Shown here piece by piece: positions 19,101 through 25,091 of a stretch of 25,091 nucleotides of DNA. A program made the position numbers and the translations under genes. Under the pieces are notes generated by a model. The model was not told where the DNA came from and did no database searches. It worked only from the letters and a program-made list of their open reading frames with translations. Every line of letters begins with the position of its first letter. Positions within the stretch are counted from its first letter, which is position 1. The stretch is from Candidatus Hodarchaeota archaeon (GTDB lineage: Archaea > Asgardarchaeota > Heimdallarchaeia > Hodarchaeales > Hodarchaeaceae), in assembly GCA_029856365.1 (NCBI GenBank), contig JAHQWW010000052.1, forward strand, positions 1 to 25,091. Reading direction: 5' to 3'.

Positions 19101-22100
19101 AGCATCGTTTTTATTTGCGGCATATACATCAAAAATTGTCATTCTACCAATGGTCATTGTTCCATTACTGAAGTAAATCGAACCTGTGGATCCTTGACCA
19201 TCTATATGCTCAAGAGAGGTGCGGTTAATTTCAACCCATGTGGTTCCAATGAATTGCCAAAGTGTAAGATTAATATCAAGCATACTCCCACTAGCAGGTT
19301 TCCTTGACTTAGAAAATAGGGTATTATACGTTAAAGTATAGTTGTTGGCAATATTTAACACAGTATTGTTTAAGTCATCCTCATCATCGTCAGCATCGAC
19401 TGTCGAAGCTTCCATCTTGTCCCATTCTAGATGGAAAAACCATTGTAGGTATTTGTACTGATTTTCTTCATGGCCATCAACATATGCAACGAATGGGGCC
19501 AAGCTTAAAGGTTGATTTGAACAGATAGTAATAGTAATATTTTCCTCAACGGTCCTATTTCGTTCTCCCTGTGGATCCTCCCATTTGATAGTTTGTGGTG
19601 ACTCAATTGTTACCGAGGGGTTCTCTTGTGCAAAAATCCTATAGTTAATTGTAATATTTTTCCCAACAGAAACACGGAATGTATACCCGGTAGTTGCATT
19701 TTCACCGCCGTACTCAAAGGTAAATTTCCCATATGGGGTGAGAATCCACTCTAACCCTAATAATAATACGAAGTCTTTACTTTCCAAGTTCACATTGTAA
19801 TCATCACTGGAACTCATCACAAAATGACCGTATTGATCTTTAATCAGAAGATTAAGCATTATATTATTACCTGTTGTGGTACCCAGATGAGTGGCATCCT
19901 GTGCCTGTAAAACAAATTGAACAACATATTTTCCAGGATCTTTGACTTGATCTGTATAATTCCACCATCCAATCGTTTCATAAATTGTGACGTTTTTTCC
20001 ACTCTCAGGTTGTATGTTTTCCAAATAAACCTTGATATAATTACTTATGTTCAGATTTCTGACATAAGCAAAACCAGTACCATTATTATCGTAAACTGTC
20101 ATTGTAATATTGAATGTTGTTTGTTCATCAGGATCGAAGAAAGTTTTTGCCCCAGGATCGGTCCAGATAGAATTAATCTCCATAAATAGATCATGACCAG
20201 TAATACTTGTTTTAGCCCACTCAACTAGGCCAGAAGTTGTGTTTATTCGAAAACTAACTATCTGGTTTCCTAACCACCCATTGTCTGTGTTGTTGGCAAA
20301 AAGATCGAAGCCAAAGAAATAACTCCCATTATTATAATTAGTAAAACTAATGAGATCGATCTGATCAGTGAGATCTGAACCGCTTATGAGAAGCATCTGT
20401 AATTTTGATCTGGTATTATCAAGCCAATGAGTTCCATTCTCTTCAGTGACATCGAAACTTACATTGAAGTAAAAATCACCATCGATCTCAAATAATTGCA
20501 GATCAGGGATCTCAGCGGTTATCTCGATATCATGGTAAGTGACCACCCCACCACTGCTAGAATTAGCCTCAACAACATAATAATAAGAACCTAAACCATA
20601 TCGCCACGTAAAATCAATATCCTTCAGACCTGTTGGAAGATCACTTGGAAGCTGGAAAGTAATATTATAATCACCATTACCCAAGGGAATATAACCCAAA
20701 TAGTCGGCACCAAAGCCATCAACTGTCAAATAAATGTTATCAATATTAAGAGATCCTGTATATGGACTACCATCATCCTCAAAATGGAGCGTTACATCCA
20801 TCAGTGATAAATCAGGATTATTAGTTTCAAGTTTGTCTAAATTATCACTAACATAATATATTTCTAAATCATGATAAGTGACATGATTAGGTTTAGTAAA
20901 ACTGGTATCTACTGTAATACTAGCTGGAACATCATCAATCATCCAGTCTACTTGAATAGAATAAACCTGGCCAATCTGGGGTGATTGGGTACTCCATCTA
21001 TCAGGTAGAACAACAGTCAATGTGAAATCAGTTCCATCCCAACTATCATTTGAAATTATCAGATTAATACCATCAATAACGACTGCAAACTGCAACTTGT
21101 TAACTACTCTATCAATTACATATGTAGCATTGGTAACTAAATCAGTATCATATTCAAATCCGAAAGTAATCTCCCACGTTCCAGGGTCATCAATTTCCAC
21201 ATGTGGGGGAATAGTCGTTGTCAAGTTTTCTATCTTAAAGGTATGGAAGGTGATGGTAGCGTTATAACTGACGGAATTGTGAACATTATCAAACACGGTA
21301 ATGTTAACAACAATATCATCACCAGGAGTAACAAGAGAATCAAATGAGGAGATATTAGTAAGACTCCAATCGCTAAACCCACTAAAGATCCCATTGAGAA
21401 AATGACTTCCACTGACATAGTCTAGAACAGTAATATTTGCCATACCTGAACCAGTCCCATCATCAGCTTGACCTGTAAGAGTAACAACTGGACCATTCTG
21501 GTGTAGAATAGTAGTGTCATCACGAATTGGAGGGGCTGTATTATCAAACCGAACCATAATACTTTTTTGAGCAGAATTGTTGACATTATCGAATGCGGTC
21601 AAAGTAATAGTGATAGTCCCATCATTATCATCGAAAACATCAGTAACATTACCATCACCACTTGCACCGAAGTCTAGTGAGTAAGATTCTCCACCAGTAC
21701 TCTCCCACGCTAAAGTAACTATATAAATCCCGCTTAGAGAATCACTGGGGAGAGATAAAATTTCAAATCCATCAACTAATTGCTCTTGATCATACCAGTT
21801 ACCAAATGAGTCTAATTCAGTACCAATAGGATCATAATCAGGATCAGAAACGTCACTGAATATAATACCAGGAGATCTAAGATCTTTTATAACTTGTAAC
21901 AGAATCTGATGGGTATTACCCACATTGTCATACGTTATCAGATTAACAGTTTGGTTTGTGTTATCCGATGCAGTAAGACTATATGTCCGTACTGAAGTGA
22001 TATTCTCTGCATCCTCATCACCAATAGCAGGGAAAGTTGTGGTATAAACGCCTGCATTAGATCCTCCCCCATCAGAGGTACTAATAGTAATGGTAACAGA

Positions 22101-25091
22101 TTGAGGAGTAGCTCCCATTAGATCAGAGTACCATAATTTATTAGGAGAGAGAAGTTTGTGAATGAAAGGAGAATTACTATCATCAATGGAAGTGATACTT
22201 CCAGAAGGAGCTTGAGTATCACGACGTATTTCGAGGGTGGTCGTATTGATGTTACCACAGTTATCAAAACTTGTAAAGTTCATATTCCCAAAATCACTAC
22301 TTGTACTGGAAATGCTGTAGGTTTGGGTAAGAACTGTAGCTTTAAAATCGGTTCCACGATTAAAGAAGGCAGGAAATTCTACAAAACGAAACCCTGAATC
22401 AGAACTCTGACCCCCATCATATACTGAGACTGTAATGTTGAAATTTACTGGTGCTGGCATTTGATTACCATACCAGAGGATTTGGGTTCCATCACCTTTA
22501 TAATATGTAAAATCAGAATTTTCGGTCACGGCAGTGGCTTCTAACCAAACATTTGGCTTTTTATTGTCAAGATAACAAGTTAATGTGGTTGGATTGGAAT
22601 TACCACAGTTATCATAAATAGTGATTACAATTTGATCATCACTAGCAAAACCGTTATTAAAAACAGTATAATTTATCTCATAACTGGTTGTATAACTTAT
22701 ATCAAAGGGAGTAGTTCCAAAATCAAAGCTCCCCGTAACGTTTCGAAGTCCAGAGATAGAGTCATCTGTAATAATCTGAATAAAGAATTGTTCACTCATT
22801 CCAAGGGTATTGTTAGAATAGAAGAAAGTTGACTCGTCATAATAAAGATAATCAGAGTCTTCAGTAATTTGGGAAATAATAGGAACTGAAGGAGGTGTGA
22901 TATCAAGATAACAGGTTAGAGTATTATTGTTACTATTACCTACCTTATCAAAAATAATTATCATAATTTGATCATCACTAGCTAGACCACCAGGAGTGAC
23001 AGTATAATTTAACTTGTAGCTATCTGAATAACTGAAGTCAGAAGCAATATCGCCAAAATCAAAACTCCCTGTGGAGTTTTTCAGTCCAGAACTTAAATCA
23101 CCTGTAGTTATATTAATTGTAAATAATTCGCTCATACTTGATTTGTTATTTGAATAATAAAGAACTAAGCCATTATAGTAAAGATAGTCCGAATATTCGG
23201 TAACGTAAATCACAACAGGCTTCGTTGGGGGGGCATTATCAATAATCGTGGTTAAACCAACACTTGTGGGGTTTCCAACATTGTCCCAGACTATTATATT
23301 GAAGGTTGGAGCAGTTTCATCACGATCTATAGTAAATAATAATTCAAAGTAATTTTCAGGTGTATACTCATCATCATAAGGAATTGAACCAAATTCAGAC
23401 GAATTAGCTTTTTGAAGACCACTTATACCATCCTCCCCAGTGACACGAACACTGAAAGACTCAGACATATCCTGGTCGTTTGAATAATATAATATCTTTG
23501 TTAAATCATTATAATAAAGGAATTGTGCAATAGCTTGAACATTAACATTGGTAATTTGGACGTTTGCGGGACCAATATTGTCCTCAACACACGAAAGATC
23601 AATGCTTTCACTATTGCCAACATTATCGAAAACAGTTAAAGTCAAGACTGCTCCTGAGGCTGTTTCACCTTCTCCAATGTAATAGGTTAAATCGAAGGTT
23701 CCTGAAGAATTATCAATGCTTAGATGAGATTCACCAAAATCGAAACTTCCTGTCACATTTTGTATCCCGCTTAACGTTTCCAACGCGGTAAGATTTACAG
23801 TAAAAAGATCATTCATGTCAGTATTATCATTAGAATAAAATAAGGTTGAACCATTATAATAGATGAATTCAGATTCGTCTGTTATTGGAAGTATAGTAAG
23901 AGAAGTTGGTTTGTACGTATCCTCAATTGTTGTGAGTACGATAGATTTATTGTTTCCTACACGATCATAAACCACACAGCTAATGCTAGAAGCAAATTCA
24001 CCGTTGTCAACATAATAAGTGATCAAGAAGCCATTACTATACGAGATATCAGAACGATTTGCTAATGTTTCACTAAATGCAACTGATCCTGTTAAGTTCC
24101 CAAGACCTGCTTGGTTATCCTGAGCTGTAACGTTAATAGTGAATGATCCAGAATGGGCGGGAATATTTGAATAATAGAAGATTTCTGTATCATTATTATA
24201 ATAGAGAAATTCACTTATTTCAATAACAGTTTCAATTTCAAGATTGATTGGCGCAGTATTATCCTTCAAAACCCTAACTAAATCCACTGGTGTGCAATTT
24301 CGTCCTGAAGCATCAACAGCATATCCGCGAATCCAAATATCGTTGGTTGTGGTATTAGTTACACTAAAGGAACCAGTGTCTGTTACATTTTGTGTTGGTA
24401 TTCCATCAAAATCTTGGAATATTACGTATCCATTAGTCATCCCACTTCCGCTATCTAAAGCATTGACAGTGACGTTAAAATCAGCATGATTCAAACCAAT
24501 ATCGTCACTATAATATAGAATATCACCAAAAACATGGGTTCTCCACTTCCAAGACACCTCAGTGATTGTTTGAAGTTCAATCGTCGGATTTTCCTCATCA
24601 ACAAAAAGGTTCACCTCAATCCAACTACTATTCAAGCCTGCGAAATTTTGAGCTCGAATGTAAATACTACGATTTCCTGTAACACCAATATCATAATTAA
24701 TCAAAGCATTTGTTACAGTATGATAATCTGGAATAGGATCATTTGCTAGCCACCCAATATCACCTTGAGTAAACTTCTGTTCAACAGGGTTATCATCACT
24801 ATAAATGTAAATAAATTCTATCACTGTACTTGAATTGAATGTAAAAGTAAGGTTGAAATTAGCGCCATTCCAATCATAGAGAGAAGGTTTTAGAATATTT
24901 GGTTCATTTCCTTTCACGTTAATAGTTACAATTAAAGGCCCTTGAATATCATATCGGAAATTAAAACCAGAAATCCCAGGAACAAATAGATGAGTAAGAG
25001 TATTCCCTGCTTCATCTGATATCCTAAGATCGATGGAATTTTCACCGTTAAATAATGAATTTGTCCAATCTAGTATGTTCCAATCAGTTGT
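16176..25091 (-). CDS. Giant single-pass membrane protein A (>2971 aa, 5' end beyond the window): tandem Ig-like repeats, TM, longin/uDENN-like cytoplasmic domain
   Basis: The frame is open for 58 more codons past the ORF-track start at 24917, up to the window edge (TTDWNILDW...ISDEAGN...YDIQGP...). TM at ~16752-16806. Tail motifs 'IFDQVKGPVPIIWHP' and 'YAFALANPEARGGQENISLCFVI'. Confidence 0.9.
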   Translation of the reverse strand, partial: TTDWNILDWTNSLFNGENSIDLRISDEAGNTLTHLFVPGISGFNFRYDIQGPLIVTINVKGNEPNILKPSLYDWNGANFNLTFTFNSSTVIEFIYIYSDDNPVEQKFTQGDIGWLANDPIPDYHTVTNALINYDIGVTGNRSIYIRAQNFAGLNSSWIEVNLFVDEENPTIELQTITEVSWKWRTHVFGDILYYSDDIGLNHADFNVTVNALDSGSGMTNGYVIFQDFDGIPTQNVTDTGSFSVTNTTTNDIWIRGYAVDASGRNCTPVDLVRVLKDNTAPINLEIETVIEISEFLYYNNDTEIFYYSNIPAHSGSFTINVTAQDNQAGLGNLTGSVAFSETLANRSDISYSNGFLITYYVDNGEFASSISCVVYDRVGNNKSIVLTTIEDTYKPTSLTILPITDESEFIYYNGSTLFYSNDNTDMNDLFTVNLTALETLSGIQNVTGSFDFGESHLSIDNSSGTFDLTYYIGEGETASGAVLTLTVFDNVGNSESIDLSCVEDNIGPANVQITNVNVQAIAQFLYYNDLTKILYYSNDQDMSESFSVRVTGEDGISGLQKANSSEFGSIPYDDEYTPENYFELLFTIDRDETAPTFNIIVWDNVGNPTSVGLTTIIDNAPPTKPVVIYVTEYSDYLYYNGLVLYYSNNKSSMSELFTINITTGDLSSGLKNSTGSFDFGDIASDFSYSDSYKLNYTVTPGGLASDDQIMIIIFDKVGNSNNNTLTCYLDITPPSVPIISQITEDSDYLYYDESTFFYSNNTLGMSEQFFIQIITDDSISGLRNVTGSFDFGTTPFDISYTTSYEINYTVFNNGFASDDQIVITIYDNCGNSNPTTLTCYLDNKKPNVWLEATAVTENSDFTYYKGDGTQILWYGNQMPAPVNFNITVSVYDGGQSSDSGFRFVEFPAFFNRGTDFKATVLTQTYSISSTSSDFGNMNFTSFDNCGNINTTTLEIRRDTQAPSGSITSIDDSNSPFIHKLLSPNKLWYSDLMGATPQSVTITISTSDGGGSNAGVYTTTFPAIGDEDAENITSVRTYSLTASDNTNQTVNLITYDNVGNTHQILLQVIKDLRSPGIIFSDVSDPDYDPIGTELDSFGNWYDQEQLVDGFEILSLPSDSLSGIYIVTLAWESTGGESYSLDFGASGDGNVTDVFDDNDGTITITLTAFDNVNNSAQKSIMVRFDNTAPPIRDDTTILHQNGPVVTLTGQADDGTGSGMANITVLDYVSGSHFLNGIFSGFSDWSLTNISSFDSLVTPGDDIVVNITVFDNVHNSVSYNATITFHTFKIENLTTTIPPHVEIDDPGTWEITFGFEYDTDLVTNATYVIDRVVNKLQFAVVIDGINLIISNDSWDGTDFTLTVVLPDRWSTQSPQIGQVYSIQVDWMIDDVPASITVDTSFTKPNHVTYHDLEIYYVSDNLDKLETNNPDLSLMDVTLHFEDDGSPYTGSLNIDNIYLTVDGFGADYLGYIPLGNGDYNITFQLPSDLPTGLKDIDFTWRYGLGSYYYVVEANSSSGGVVTYHDIEITAEIPDLQLFEIDGDFYFNVSFDVTEENGTHWLDNTRSKLQMLLISGSDLTDQIDLISFTNYNNGSYFFGFDLFANNTDNGWLGNQIVSFRINTTSGLVEWAKTSITGHDLFMEINSIWTDPGAKTFFDPDEQTTFNITMTVYDNNGTGFAYVRNLNISNYIKVYLENIQPESGKNVTIYETIGWWNYTDQVKDPGKYVVQFVLQAQDATHLGTTTGNNIMLNLLIKDQYGHFVMSSSDDYNVNLESKDFVLLLGLEWILTPYGKFTFEYGGENATTGYTFRVSVGKNITINYRIFAQENPSVTIESPQTIKWEDPQGERNRTVEENITITICSNQPLSLAPFVAYVDGHEENQYKYLQWFFHLEWDKMEASTVDADDDEDDLNNTVLNIANNYTLTYNTLFSKSRKPASGSMLDINLTLWQFIGTTWVEINRTSLEHIDGQGSTGSIYFSNGTMTIGRMTIFDVYAANKNDADGTIVLQFQFNDIIKITVVVSSRDESKTSGKTYREYPSEKIISYVNETSDTLFPETIIWTKFKVRMWALDDRLPMLEGATIFVEAHYAHDVSLDLTNRTRVYVLDNTINLNYASNTWIENQVYWSNVLSRGVVENVTFKIVNFDDEIFGISAFEDVLTRASEVKVDIKWDQIVFLVSLAKPWGNNTRFNVNSPAFVQIVAYYANDWTPFNGKITLFHTTTSNVKIGPMNRTTMLWNESVEVLIKFPYKTLSPQTAFFYIEGVIEDIHGLNGTIEGQGYHVISDIGEKWLNLKWDRVIIDFYVSDSSDPLDYLELSPGDSINVTLKAYYESDGRPINISNYEYSLYKNDLQFETKRSLLFFDDHEWREANNTYRVVYSNDSVTNLIGAYSADIEVQPSITICWIDRQPPRLIDQKIIDFGNGTLGFLVITTDDLPEKYFGSGLVSVTSQITILDRLPSTKILEFVRYSIIGSEHFFFGKLNTDPSNSRDHFNYNDNISYIIEITDKNGNLGEYEFSTYLHADSEAPEIDGTITLYYSSEIEGNFNISFRALDNWSGLKNATIRFFNPSTNKWSLLKVMSMEDITLDYKSATFKKNTSFTVGTSILYEITIYDRSGNSRVIKDDIQVIDEAGPRLLLSEFSYNKFGEFNIRITVGDNGSTVESAVLFYQIDGEKPLHINLTELVEVGGGSSIHRTNYLYTKTFSKRFIIQPDLVSVKTVTFSLVLTDSEGNNRTISNEELSDMLQAQSKTGWDGEISPGPVDLLTETPVLIIIIAVILVFASLAIQRFRTISGFDKKKIMQDLEKISESEVWERNDDISLGLIASIFDQVKGPVPIIWHPEKLGTSEMMIHSLADRSFSTLGFVSNPEEDKDATFRFQVSGEKCAVFGYAFALANPEARGGQENISLCFVIRPPWGNLENLNKFKSELLEKSRRIHQLMEEKVDIKIVQKEMQETRNFFTRSMITFRKKYTKEFIE
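21546..24950 (-). repeat. Ten consecutive 112-117 aa Ig-like (Big-type) protein repeats in protein A
   Basis: D-x-x-x-P boundaries at 24950, 24599, 24263, 23921, 23582, 23240, 22904, 22568, 22220, 21884 and 21545 (spacing 336-351 nt). Recurring motifs are 'LYY..LYYSN', 'D..SG' and 'D(N/K)VGN'. Confidence 0.9.

Noticed and set aside
11592-24749. Numerous 60-160 aa plus-strand ORFs in the ORF track (for example 18834-19307 and 13488-13814)
   Set aside because: They are antisense shadows of the long minus-strand genes, with no recognisable motifs or SD support.
24915-24917. GTG at 24917 as the start of the giant protein
   Set aside because: The frame stays open to the window edge, continues the repeat pattern (DEAGN, DIQGP), and there is no signal peptide after this GTG.
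1-25091. CRISPR array, tRNA/rRNA, transposase/integrase, reverse transcriptase or DGR-type template/variable repeat pair, small GTPase gene
   Set aside because: None was seen by eye. The only DNA-level repeats found are coding paralogy or tandem domain duplication. The putative GTPase partner of the longin tails is not encoded in this window.
8549-25091. Interpreting the three large genes as one frameshifted gene or as plain S-layer proteins
   Set aside because: Each has its own TM and tail, B and C have their own SD and signal peptide, and S-layer proteins do not normally carry ~200-aa conserved cytoplasmic domains.

Overview
AT-rich archaeal window, most likely from an Asgard archaeon (Heimdallarchaeia/Hodarchaeales-like; inferred from protein style, not proven). 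The left ~8 kb holds mostly housekeeping or envelope genes: a partial polytopic membrane protein, a SAM methyltransferase, an Orc1/Cdc6 gene, a PH-like membrane protein, a GlmU-like nucleotidyltransferase, class I lysyl-tRNA synthetase and small hypotheticals. The cdc6 5' end abuts an orphan, unannotated 3' fragment of radA on the opposite strand, which marks a rearrangement or chimera junction near 2835. The right ~17 kb is one minus-strand operon-like array of three paralogous single-pass membrane proteins (>2971, 1536 and 996 aa) followed by a small CxxC..H..H protein. Each large protein has a long extracellular chain of Ig-like repeats, a shared three-domain membrane-proximal cassette, one TM helix and a ~190-240 aa cytoplasmic domain. 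In two of them the cytoplasmic domain carries motifs (F-D-Q-V-x-G-P-V-P and N-P-E-A-R-G-G) resembling the longin/uDENN domain of eukaryotic SMCR8/folliculin; in the third it is degenerate. This suggests a candidate surface-receptor system wired to DENN/longin-type small-GTPase regulator domains.
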